Assembly: GCA_964422165.1 (NCBI GenBank) | Contig: CAYQZX010000052.1 | Coordinates: 92,663-156,662, forward strand | Direction of reading: 5' to 3' | Origin: an uncultured Eubacteriales bacterium | GTDB lineage: Bacteria; Acidobacteriota; Aminicenantia; Aminicenantales; Saccharicenantaceae | Length of the DNA: 64,000 bases | Part shown: positions 9,109-18,300 of the stretch, piece after piece | How the letters are laid out: every line of letters starts with the position of its first letter | Numbering within the stretch: the first letter of the stretch is position 1 | Notes under the pieces: model-generated | The model's database searches: none | Told to the model about the DNA's origin: nothing | The model's input: only the letters and a program-made list of their open reading frames with translations | Program-made: the position numbers and the translations under genes

Positions 9109-10797
9109 ATGTCTTTCTGGAAAAGAGTTTTAGCCCTTCCGGTTCTGCTCATTCTGGCTGTAGCCGTCTCTTTGGCTGCAATCAGCCTGAAGACTCCGGC
9201 CGAAGAAGCCCGTTATAAGAAATACAGTCAGTATGAAGACATAGTCAGATTCCTTTCTCTCATTCAAAGTAAATCGGAAGTTTTGAAAATCAAGGTTATC
9301 GGTCGAACTAAAGAGGTAGAAAACTATCCGGCCCGGGATTTATTTCTATGTGTTTTAACCGAAGAAGGAGTACGGCAACCTTCTGAATTAAATCGGAAAA
9401 AACCAACCATTTTTTTTATTGCTTCTCAGCACGGAAACGAACAGTCAGCTAAGGAAGCTGCCTTAAGATTAATAAGGGATTTAGCTCTGGGCGAGTTAAA
9501 ACCTTTGCTGAAAAAAGTTAACGTTCTGGTAATACCCCAGGCTAATCCCTACGGCAATTTTTATAATGTCCGGCAGAATGAACTGGGGCTGGATTTAAAC
9601 CGGGACCACATCAAGCTGGAAGGCGAAAGCAGCAAAGCCATTCACCTGGCCTTCAGTCTGTACCAGCCGGAGATAACCATGGATTTGCACGAAAAAGGTG
9701 ATGATTATTATCGGGTATCAGTAGGTTGCGTTTCCAACCTCAACATTCACCCCTCGCTTCAGGAATATTCCAGAAAAGTAATTATGAAGGAAATTGAAAA
9801 GAAGCTGGAGAAAAAGCGGATTGCCTTTCACGAATACCTGGTAAGTGAATTTCTGGGTCTGGACACTTCTTCCGGAGCCAGGATTTCTCAGCCGGAGCCG
9901 AGGGAAATGATGCTGCGCTACAGCACTACTGACCTTAACGACGGCCGTAACAGTCTGGGTATTTATGAAACCCTGGCTTTCATCCAGGAAATTTCTTCCC
10001 GGCATGACCTGGAAACGCTGGAAGCCAGGACTGAGTGGCAGTATCAGGGAACGAGAGCCCTGGTCGAGGTGGTGGCCGAAAGACCAGAAGAAATGACCAG
10101 GCTGGTCAGAGAACTCCGGGCTAATCTTTTGAAACGGGCCGAAGTCAGGGCGGCAGATGACCCCGTTCATCTTCGAATGCAGTATGTCCGTGACCCCGGG
10201 CAGCCGGAACTGGTCCTGAAAGCTTTTGAAAGAGCCTCTTCGCCCATAAGAGGAATTTTGAAGGTTGATAAGAAGGCCGGTGATTATCTGATGCAGGAAG
10301 AAATTGCTCCTTACCAGGGACCATCAGAACAGAAAATCGTCACCCGGGTAGTTAAGAACTGGTTCCCTCTGGTTGAGAGCAGACTGACGGTTACCCGTCC
10401 TGCAGGCTATCTCATTCCAGGTGAGCGACTTGATATAGCTGAGCTTCTGGTCCAGCACGGGATTAAGGTTCAGATGCTGGAAAAAGCTAATGTGGTAGAA
10501 GCTGTGGCTTATAAAATTACTGAAATTGTTCCGGCTCAGGCTGATTACCTGGCTCCTCAAAAGATTGAGGTTCAGCTGGAGAAAGTAAAACTTCCGCTCA
10601 AGCGTGGAGATTTTTATGTTTCTGCCGTACAGCCTGCGGCTAACCTCATTCCCTGTCTGCTTGAACCTCAATCGGATTATGGGCTTATACGCTATTTTAA
10701 GTTTAATCTGGTACCTGAGGCCGGTGAGTATTATGCTATCTACCGCCTGGAAGTTCCGGTTTCTCTTCCGGTCGTTGATTTTAAGCCGTGGAAATAA
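9109..10797 (+). CDS. Secreted M14-family zinc carboxypeptidase
   Basis: Signal peptide; zinc ligands QHGNE and DLHE; NPYG and DLNRDH motifs. Confidence 0.85.
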   Translation: MSFWKRVLALPVLLILAVAVSLAAISLKTPAEEARYKKYSQYEDIVRFLSLIQSKSEVLKIKVIGRTKEVENYPARDLFLCVLTEEGVRQPSELNRKKPTIFFIASQHGNEQSAKEAALRLIRDLALGELKPLLKKVNVLVIPQANPYGNFYNVRQNELGLDLNRDHIKLEGESSKAIHLAFSLYQPEITMDLHEKGDDYYRVSVGCVSNLNIHPSLQEYSRKVIMKEIEKKLEKKRIAFHEYLVSEFLGLDTSSGARISQPEPREMMLRYSTTDLNDGRNSLGIYETLAFIQEISSRHDLETLEARTEWQYQGTRALVEVVAERPEEMTRLVRELRANLLKRAEVRAADDPVHLRMQYVRDPGQPELVLKAFERASSPIRGILKVDKKAGDYLMQEEIAPYQGPSEQKIVTRVVKNWFPLVESRLTVTRPAGYLIPGERLDIAELLVQHGIKVQMLEKANVVEAVAYKITEIVPAQADYLAPQKIEVQLEKVKLPLKRGDFYVSAVQPAANLIPCLLEPQSDYGLIRYFKFNLVPEAGEYYAIYRLEVPVSLPVVDFKPWK

Positions 10798-10811
10798 ATT
10801 AAAGCCGATAG

Positions 10812-13800
10812 CTATTTTTCAATATTTTTTATCTTTACCAGAAACTCATTAATCAGACTTTCGTTGGCTTTAATCACGGGTACCTGTGCTTTGGGTCTCA
10901 ATTTTTTAAGAGCCAGAACGTAGAAATAAACATATGGACCTTCAGGATACTTTTCAGTGTAGTTGATAATCTCTGAGTATTTTTGCCGGGCTTTTTCTTC
11001 CTCTCCTATTTTTTCATAACAGATGGCCTCGAGGTAATCCTGAATTCTCTGGTCGGGATCGAAGGGACGGCCGGTTCCCAGATGTTCCGGGAATTCTCTG
11101 GATAGAGCTATTTCTTTAAGAGCTTCTGACCAGTCTTTTTGCTGCATAGAATCCAGCGCCAGGTGTAGATGGGTGCGGACAAAAAGACTGTGGACTTCAC
11201 TGGCCCCCTCATAGGGCAAAACTTTTATCCTGTCCAGTAAATCTGTTGCCCTTCGATATTCTTTGTTAGTCATAAGGGCTTTAACTGTGTCAGTCTGAAG
11301 GTACATATTCTCAGGAAATATTTCTAAAGCTCGAAGGCTTCTGGTTAGAGCTTCCCGGTAAAGGTTGTTACTCAGCTCAAAACTTATCAGATGGTGCCAG
11401 GTTCTCCATTCTTCCGGGGCAAGGGAAAGAGCTTTTTTCAGGTCCTGGTAAGCTCCCGCTTTGTCCTCAGGGTTAAGGTAAGCTCGGGCAATGAAAACGG
11501 GGTAATAGTCGGCTGCATCCAGAGTCTCAAATAGTTGCCTGGCTTCATTAAACCGGCCTTTGTGCCAGTAAATCAGGCCGAGATAGTAACGGAACTTCCA
11601 GCAGTCCGGACTGCTCTCTATTGCCCACTTAAAAACCGGGATAGATTCTTCCCGGAAAGGAAAGAATAGGTAGGGTGAAAAATCAGCTGCTCTCTGGAGA
11701 AAAGTGTTACTGAATTTAAAATCGTGATATCGAGAAAGATAAGCCTGCCAGAGAAGAATTTCCGGAGTTTCAGGAGCAAGCTTCAGCAATTCCAGGGAAG
11801 TTTCCGGTTCTCCGCTCCTCAGGTAATGAAGAGCCAGCTCCAGATAGGTTTCAGCCGGAAATTCATTCCTTATTAGGGACTTAAAATGTTCAAGCTTCCT
11901 GGCCGATGGGCTAAGCAGATAGAGTTCAAAGCGTGCCACCAGAGAGAGGGGGTCAAGCTGAAGTATCTCCCGACAGATTTTTTTAGCTTCGGTCTTTTTC
12001 CCCTGATGCCTTAAAGATGCGGCCAGAAGTTCATAGGGAAGGGGATTATGACGGTCAAAATTGGCAGCCCGGCGGGCGTATTCTTCAGCCTGGATATAAT
12101 CTTTTTCTGATAGTGCAATCTCCGTCAGCTGAAGGTAAGCTGGAAGAGCCAGGGCTGGAGAGCGGGCTGCCCAGCCGAGGGTCTCTTTGGCATCAGGTAG
12201 GAAACCCAGCTTTCTGGCCACGATTCCATAGAGATAGTTGGCTTCAGGTTCATATCTGGAGAGCTCCAGGGCCTGGCGAGCATAATTTAAAGCCTGCTCA
12301 TCCTGACCTTGCCATGAAAGCACTTCGGCTACGCGGCAAAGAGCTCTCAGGTGCTTTGGTTCTTTTTCCAGACAGGCCAGGTAATTTTTCAGAGCACCTG
12401 AAAGATCGCGCTCGTTCTGAAGGGTTTCTCCGCTAAGGAAGAGCTCTTCGGCTGAGGGGCCCGATGGTCGGTAAAAATAAAATGGTCTTTTCAGGTCTTT
12501 TGACTCCGGGTTGGGCTGGTGAATAATTTTATTTCCAAGGTAGATTTTTAAGTTCTCCGGATTTGAAATCTGACCCAGGCTGATAGATTTTCTCTGAGCC
12601 GGTTTCATTTCTATTTCCTCACTGTATATTTCTTTTGAGCCTTCTTTTATCACCAGTTTTTCTTTTATTTTTTCCAGAGCATACAGTCCGAGCACGCCTG
12701 AATTATGATTCATCTGAAGACTCAAAACCACCTGGGGAGTGGCGGCCGTCATTTCTCCTATACCCCTGTAGGGAAACCAGATTTCCCGCCAGCTTTCAGA
12801 ACTGGCCGGAGCCAAAGAACCATGGTCAGATTGATTGAGAAGCCTACCAGCCTGGGGTTCGCTATATTGCCCGTCGCTGTCGGTCAGCAGGTCCACCCAG
12901 ATTTCACCGGCCCGGCTCAGGTCCCAGATCCAGATTTTCTTACCGGGCATATCCGGATACAGGGCAAAATGCCCAAAACCCGAGTCAGAAGTCTGATAAT
13001 AGGTACCGAAGAAGTTGTCATAGCTACCGATTACGAAATAGCTTTTCGCCCCGCCAAAATCATTATTTCGGTACCAGGAAAGGTCCCGGCCGTCTCGGTC
13101 GACAGGCCAGTTTTCCAGTGGTTGGGAGTAGTCATGGCCTATGAAATATTTTCCCGGAACAAGATAGTGGAGGTCAGATGAAACCCTGACGGCTGCGTTC
13201 ATCCAGACGTAATAAGACTGCCTGTAAGGGCGAGGATTGGTCCAGCGAGCTCTAGTTTGGAAATAAGCTCTGTCTGGGAATAAAGTCACAGTTACCTGCC
13301 AGCGGGTTCTGGATGGCCAGTCGTAATTACCAACGGTGCAGGAAACGCTGCCATCAGGATTATTCTCAAGCCAGTAATCCACCGGAGTAGCTGTGGATGG
13401 AGCATGTCCAATAACTCCAAAATTGAATTCAATCCCGCCTGATGTCCACGGTCCCCTCAGGGCTATTTCTCTAAATTTAAGTACCTTGTTGGTGTAAATG
13501 AATTCTTGGTTAGCCTGAAGATCTCTGGCTCCCCAGATTTTACCTCCAACTTCCGGCAGAATGGAAACTTCTAAGTATTTATTTCTGAGGCGGACTACTG
13601 TCCATTCCTGAGGCCTGGAATCAAAGCTGAAGCCATTAAAGACAAAATACGGATAGATTTTATGGCCAGCTCCCCACATCGAAGAACGGGCAAAAACCGG
13701 GATAGGGTCAGGGTCAAAAAACGGATAGGTGATTATGGTTTCTTTTTTTACCGAGACGGAGATTTTATCCTTTGAACAGCTTACCAGAGATAAAACAATA

Positions 13801-13865
13801 AGAACTATGATAAAAGAAATAGTTAATTTTTCGTAAATATATCTGGTCTTAATTAAATTAGTCAT
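10812..13865 (-). CDS. DUF5107-like domain lipoprotein with C-terminal TPR array
   Basis: Lipobox LVSC; N-terminal LRNKYLEVSILPEVGGKIW...RGPWTSGGIEFNF, YYVWMNAA, PGKKIWIW; many TPR-like helical repeats after about residue 470. Confidence 0.75.
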   Translation of the reverse strand: MTNLIKTRYIYEKLTISFIIVLIVLSLVSCSKDKISVSVKKETIITYPFFDPDPIPVFARSSMWGAGHKIYPYFVFNGFSFDSRPQEWTVVRLRNKYLEVSILPEVGGKIWGARDLQANQEFIYTNKVLKFREIALRGPWTSGGIEFNFGVIGHAPSTATPVDYWLENNPDGSVSCTVGNYDWPSRTRWQVTVTLFPDRAYFQTRARWTNPRPYRQSYYVWMNAAVRVSSDLHYLVPGKYFIGHDYSQPLENWPVDRDGRDLSWYRNNDFGGAKSYFVIGSYDNFFGTYYQTSDSGFGHFALYPDMPGKKIWIWDLSRAGEIWVDLLTDSDGQYSEPQAGRLLNQSDHGSLAPASSESWREIWFPYRGIGEMTAATPQVVLSLQMNHNSGVLGLYALEKIKEKLVIKEGSKEIYSEEIEMKPAQRKSISLGQISNPENLKIYLGNKIIHQPNPESKDLKRPFYFYRPSGPSAEELFLSGETLQNERDLSGALKNYLACLEKEPKHLRALCRVAEVLSWQGQDEQALNYARQALELSRYEPEANYLYGIVARKLGFLPDAKETLGWAARSPALALPAYLQLTEIALSEKDYIQAEEYARRAANFDRHNPLPYELLAASLRHQGKKTEAKKICREILQLDPLSLVARFELYLLSPSARKLEHFKSLIRNEFPAETYLELALHYLRSGEPETSLELLKLAPETPEILLWQAYLSRYHDFKFSNTFLQRAADFSPYLFFPFREESIPVFKWAIESSPDCWKFRYYLGLIYWHKGRFNEARQLFETLDAADYYPVFIARAYLNPEDKAGAYQDLKKALSLAPEEWRTWHHLISFELSNNLYREALTRSLRALEIFPENMYLQTDTVKALMTNKEYRRATDLLDRIKVLPYEGASEVHSLFVRTHLHLALDSMQQKDWSEALKEIALSREFPEHLGTGRPFDPDQRIQDYLEAICYEKIGEEEKARQKYSEIINYTEKYPEGPYVYFYVLALKKLRPKAQVPVIKANESLINEFLVKIKNIEK

Positions 13866-14797
13866 TTTTTCTCTTTAATTTCCTGATAAATGATTTCAAC
13901 CAGAGAGGGTCGACGAGCCGTAGTTGCGGCCGGTGGCGGCTGAAGGCCAAAGGCAGCTTTAATTTCTTCAATGGTTTTTCCCTGTTCAATCATCTCTCGA
14001 ACTCTGGCCTCTTTTTCCTTGAGGCTGCTGATCAATTCAGCCACTTCCTGGCGGCCGACCGGTTCGGCATGTCCTGAGAGGAAGATTTCTATTTCAGGCT
14101 GGTAATCGAGCATGGCCTGTAAGGTGCGGAGATAGCCAAAAAAGGTTCCATTTTTATGCTTGTGAATGAGCGGGTCCCGTCCGAAAAACATCAGATCCCC
14201 GACAACGGCTGCTTTGAGTTCGGGAAAGAAAGCTATGGTGTCGCCGCTGGTATGAGCCGGGCCGTAGTTTTTGAGCTCAATTTTTGTTCCTTCAAAATCC
14301 AGGGCCAGATTGCTTTCGTAAGTCTGTGCAGGCAGGTAATCTTTTAGTGCTGGATTTTGTTCCAAGGCCAGAAGCATTTCCTGATAGGTATTCCGGTGAC
14401 CTAAAATTTTAATTTTTTCAGTTAATCCTCTAAGCCCATTAACATGGTCGCCGTCGCTGTGGGTCAAAATTATCATCGATAAAGGCAGAGGTGAAACCTT
14501 CTGAATGGCAGCCTGCATTTCTGCGAAGGATTCGGGAGTCATTTTGGCGTCAAAAAGCAGGTTGCTTTTCTTGCCGGCAACAAGGTAACAATTAGCTCCG
14601 GAACCGCCTTTTATCAGGTAGAGGTTTCCTCTAATTTTTTCTACAGTTATGGGTGGGGGAGAAGTTTGAGGCCAGGCTGAAAGAGAACTGAGCCCAAACA
14701 AACCGATCACCAGAATAAAAATGAAAATGATAGAATTAAAAAATTTCCTTATTGGTAAACCCAGAATTTTATGTCTCAGTCCGGGCAGATTATCCAT
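13862..14797 (-). CDS. Secreted MBL-fold metallo-hydrolase (cyclase-like)
   Basis: THSDGDH, AHTSGD, GDL, SGH metal motifs; signal peptide. Start placed at ATG 14797 behind GGAGG. Stop overlaps the start of the DUF5107 gene (ATGA). Confidence 0.8.
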   Translation of the reverse strand: MDNLPGLRHKILGLPIRKFFNSIIFIFILVIGLFGLSSLSAWPQTSPPPITVEKIRGNLYLIKGGSGANCYLVAGKKSNLLFDAKMTPESFAEMQAAIQKVSPLPLSMIILTHSDGDHVNGLRGLTEKIKILGHRNTYQEMLLALEQNPALKDYLPAQTYESNLALDFEGTKIELKNYGPAHTSGDTIAFFPELKAAVVGDLMFFGRDPLIHKHKNGTFFGYLRTLQAMLDYQPEIEIFLSGHAEPVGRQEVAELISSLKEKEARVREMIEQGKTIEEIKAAFGLQPPPAATTARRPSLVEIIYQEIKEKK

Positions 14798-15103
14798 TGC
14801 TCCCTCCATTAATTTATTTTTTCACTTTTACATTTTATACCATCAGGTTGGGAGTTACAAAAAAATATATCAGAAAAAGGCAAAAAGCCTTAAAACAAAT
14901 ATTTTAGAAAACCTTTTCCTGTGAGTTTATGAACCACAAAAGAATAATTATTTTTTCCCAATCTGACCTTAACAGTCAGGGATTTAGGTCAAATTTTCTT
15001 AACTCAATATTAGCTTTAATTAATTCTTATGAGTAAACTGGAAGAGAGTTATTCAAGAAGGGAAATATTTGAAAAATAGAAATCACGCTGAGCAGTTTTT
15101 TGA

Positions 15104-15997
15104 TTACCGGTCAATCAGATTTTTTCCAGAAAGAGTCTCTTTAATGGTTAAACCAATCCTGGCCGGATTTTCTATTACTCTGACCCCGGCTGCTTTTAGT
15201 TTCTGGAGTTTTTGCTGAGCTGAGCCCTGGTTTCCTTCGATTATGGCCCCGGCATGACCAAGACGTTTGCCTGAAGGAGCTGTCAACCCGGCTATATAGG
15301 CAAAAACTGGCTTGGGATAGCTGAATTGACTGAGGTAATCGGCAGCTTCTTCTTCGGCTGTCCCGCCAATTTCTCCGATGAGCAAGACCGCTTCGGTCTG
15401 CGGGTCTGCCTTAAACCTTTCCAGCAGGTCAACAAATTTAAGACCAATGATCGGGTCGCCGCCGATACCCACGGCTGTGGACTGCCCGAGTCCCAGACTG
15501 GTTAGCTGATGGACGGCTTCATAGGTCAGGGTACCGCTGCGGGAAATGATTCCCACTGCTCCAGGTTTATGAATATTTCCAGGCATAATCCCTACTTTGC
15601 TCTTGCCTGGGGAAATAATTCCTGGAGTGTTGGGCCCGATAAGCCAGACTTCTTTTTCTTTGATATATTTTTTCACCCGGAGCATGTCCATGACAGGAAT
15701 GCCTTCGGTGATGCAGACTATTAACCTAATTCCGGATTCAGCAGCTTCCATAATGGCTTCAGCAGCAGTGAGAGGTGGCACAAAAATAGCGGAAACGTTG
15801 GCGGCGGTGGCCTCAAAGGCCTGTTCTACAGTGTTAAACACTGGAATTCCCAGATGTTGCTGTCCACCTTTACCTGGAGTAACGCCGGCAACGATTCTGG
15901 TTCCATACTCCAGCATGCGCTGGGTATGAAAAGAAGCCTGCTTTCCAGTAATCCCCTGGATTAAAACCCGGGAACTTTCATCAAGCAGGATGCTCAT
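15104..15997 (-). CDS. sucD: Succinate--CoA ligase alpha subunit
   Basis: [41 protein letters not shown], and phospho-His motif RLGHAGA. Confidence 0.95.
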   Translation of the reverse strand: MSILLDESSRVLIQGITGKQASFHTQRMLEYGTRIVAGVTPGKGGQQHLGIPVFNTVEQAFEATAANVSAIFVPPLTAAEAIMEAAESGIRLIVCITEGIPVMDMLRVKKYIKEKEVWLIGPNTPGIISPGKSKVGIMPGNIHKPGAVGIISRSGTLTYEAVHQLTSLGLGQSTAVGIGGDPIIGLKFVDLLERFKADPQTEAVLLIGEIGGTAEEEAADYLSQFSYPKPVFAYIAGLTAPSGKRLGHAGAIIEGNQGSAQQKLQKLKAAGVRVIENPARIGLTIKETLSGKNLIDR

Positions 15998-16046
15998 TAT
16001 TTATCCTCATTATTATTAAAGCTAAAAATAAAATAAGTTCATTCTT

Positions 16047-17219
16047 TTAGCTGCTGATTTCAGGCTGGCAGAGAGAAACTGCCAGCCTGGCTGCCTGCTC
16101 GAAATCATCCACAAAATGAAAGGGCAGCCCGGATTCTTGAAGAATTTTCCGGCCCAGCTCCACGTTGGTTCCTTCCAGCCTGACCACCACTGGTTTGCTT
16201 AATGAGATTTTACGGGCTGAGGCCACTATTCCCCGGGCCACCAGGTCACAGCGGACTATTCCACCAAAAATATTTACCAGAGCTGAACGAACCCGTTCAT
16301 CTTCAATTAGGATTTCAAAGGCCCGGCTGACGGCTTCTTCGGTAACACCGCCGCCTATGTCCAGAAAGTTAGCCGGTCGACCGCCAAAGTACTGGATGAG
16401 GTCCATGGTAGCCATGGCCAGGCCGGCTCCGTTAACCAGACAACCAACCTGACCATCCATTCTCAGGTAGTTGAGCTGGTGGTGGCGGGCTTTATTTTCA
16501 AGAGGCGAACGGTCGCTCAGGTCTTCCAAGGCGGCAATTTCTGGATGACGAGGAAGTCCACAGTCGTCAAATTCAATGCGGGCATCGGCCGCTATCAGTT
16601 TATTCTCTTCAGTCAGGACTAAAGGGTTTATTTCTAAAAGTTTAAGGTCCTTATCCACCAGAAATTGGCTGAGACGTTTGAGCCAGCTGATTAGCTGATT
16701 GACCAGGTCTTCTTCTGAAATTAGAAAATAAGCTAACTGTCTTGCCTGGAAAAGTCGTAATCCGCACCAGGGCTCAAAAACAACTTTCTTAAGCAGTTCA
16801 GGATGAGATTGGCTTAACTGCTCAATAGAAATCCCCCCCAGCTGGCTGACTATGGCCGTCAGGACTTCATTTTTTCGATCAACTGTCAAACCGAGATAAA
16901 ATTCTTTTTTTATATTTAAGGCCTTTTCTACCAGAATTTTTCTGACGGTCAGTCCCGGTGAACCAGTCTGAGCAGTAACCAGTTTTCGGCCTAAAAGGGA
17001 ACGGGCTTTCTCCTCGGCTTCTTCTTCAGTTATGGCCAGTATAATTCCTCCGGCCTTTCCTCGGCCGCCAGCCAGAATCTGAGCTTTAAGCATCACCGGG
17101 CAGCTTAAATCAAGAGCCGCCGCTTTTACCTGCTCCGGAGTCTCAGCCAGACGCCCATCCGGAACCTCAATTCCAAGATGGCGGAGAAAACCTTTAGCCT
17201 GAAATTCGTGAATTAACAT
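16047..17219 (-). CDS. sucC: Succinate--CoA ligase beta subunit
   Basis: IHEFQAK, KAQILAGGRGKAGG, EINPL, NGAGLAMATMD, ANFLDIGGG, NIFGGIVRCD. Confidence 0.95.
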   Translation of the reverse strand: MLIHEFQAKGFLRHLGIEVPDGRLAETPEQVKAAALDLSCPVMLKAQILAGGRGKAGGIILAITEEEAEEKARSLLGRKLVTAQTGSPGLTVRKILVEKALNIKKEFYLGLTVDRKNEVLTAIVSQLGGISIEQLSQSHPELLKKVVFEPWCGLRLFQARQLAYFLISEEDLVNQLISWLKRLSQFLVDKDLKLLEINPLVLTEENKLIAADARIEFDDCGLPRHPEIAALEDLSDRSPLENKARHHQLNYLRMDGQVGCLVNGAGLAMATMDLIQYFGGRPANFLDIGGGVTEEAVSRAFEILIEDERVRSALVNIFGGIVRCDLVARGIVASARKISLSKPVVVRLEGTNVELGRKILQESGLPFHFVDDFEQAARLAVSLCQPEISS

Positions 17220-17233
17220 TTTGTTTCTGGTTC

Positions 17234-17280
17234 AAAAAAGCCAGAGGGCGAAACCGCTTTCTGGCGGCTCCGCCCTCTGG
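17234..17280 (-). terminator. Intrinsic terminator between mdh and sucC
   Basis: Perfect 10-bp stem CCAGAGGGCG/CGCCCTCTGG (17241-17250/17271-17280) plus an inner stem, followed on the minus strand by TTTTTT (17234-17239). Confidence 0.75.
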
Positions 17281-17308
17281 TTTCCATTTGGCTGGTTTTT
17301 GAAGTCTT

Positions 17309-18241
17309 TTAAATTTTACATTCAGAGACAGTCTTGGTCACCGAAGCCACTGTTTTCTGGAACTGAGCCTTTTCTTCTTCAGTCAGCTTAATTTCGAAGA
17401 TCTTTTCCATACCTCGGGCACTGATCAAGCAGGGAACTCCAATAAACAGCCCGTGAACTCCGTATTCGCCCTCACACAGAGCAGCACAGGGGAGGATGCG
17501 GCGTTTATCCTTGAGGTAAGATTCAGCAATAACTATAGCACTCCAGGCCGGGCTGAAGAAAGCTGACCCTTTCCCGAAAAGTTTGACGATTTCGGTTCCA
17601 GCTTCGCGGGTTCTGGTAACCAGACGCTCGATCTGCTCGGGGGTAGCAATTTCAGTTAGCGGTACACCACCAACTGTTGTCAGGCGGGGCAGGGGGACCA
17701 TGTCTGGTCCATGACCGCCAAGAACCGTGCCAGCCACATCAGCCACGGAAACGCCCAGCTCCATGGCAATAAAGGCTCTCCAGCGAGCGGTATCCAGAGT
17801 TCCGGCCATGCCTATGACCTGATTCTTGGGAAAGCCTGTAACCTTGTGGAAGACGTAGACCATAGCATCGAGGGGATTGGTAACAATGATGCAGAAGGCG
17901 TTGGGAGCGTACTGCTTAACTCCGTTAGCGACTTCGGTGATAATCTTGATATTGACGTTAAGCAGGTCTTCTCTGGTCATTCCGGCTTCTCTGGGTTTAC
18001 CAGCAGTGACAATTACCACATCGGCTCCGGCTATGTCTTTATAATCAGTAGTGGCGGTGATATTGGCGTCGTAATTGCCGTGGGGAGCCATCTCCATCAG
18101 GTCCAGGGCTTTACCCTTGCAGACGTTGACATAGTCAGGAACATCAAGGATGACGATGTCTCCCAGTTCTTTCTGGGCAGCCAGCATAGCCAGAATCTGG
18201 CCGATCTGACCGCCACCTATCAGAGCGATTTTTTTACGCAT
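17309..18241 (-). CDS. mdh: Malate dehydrogenase (LDH-like)
   Basis: GGGQIG, GKALDL, specificity-loop Arg in PREAGMTREDLL, TNPLDAM, LDTAR, GGHG; TCA context. Confidence 0.93.
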   Translation of the reverse strand: MRKKIALIGGGQIGQILAMLAAQKELGDIVILDVPDYVNVCKGKALDLMEMAPHGNYDANITATTDYKDIAGADVVIVTAGKPREAGMTREDLLNVNIKIITEVANGVKQYAPNAFCIIVTNPLDAMVYVFHKVTGFPKNQVIGMAGTLDTARWRAFIAMELGVSVADVAGTVLGGHGPDMVPLPRLTTVGGVPLTEIATPEQIERLVTRTREAGTEIVKLFGKGSAFFSPAWSAIVIAESYLKDKRRILPCAALCEGEYGVHGLFIGVPCLISARGMEKIFEIKLTEEEKAQFQKTVASVTKTVSECKI

Positions 18242-18300
18242 GAAAAACTCCTTTAAATGCTGATTGTAAACTAATTTTTACAGCTTTCAGTTGGAAACTG

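Noticed and set aside
14810-15103. AT-rich spacer with a TGACCT/AGGTCA inverted repeat (14964-14991) and a 67-aa ORF
   Set aside because: Stem is short and imperfect, and the ORF is low-complexity and antisense to the MBL gene start; no support for a gene or RNA.
15104-17219. sucCD as citryl-CoA synthetase or ATP-citrate lyase of a reductive TCA cycle
   Set aside because: Sizes and motifs match canonical SucC/SucD, and there is no citrate-synthase-like lyase domain or gene in the window.
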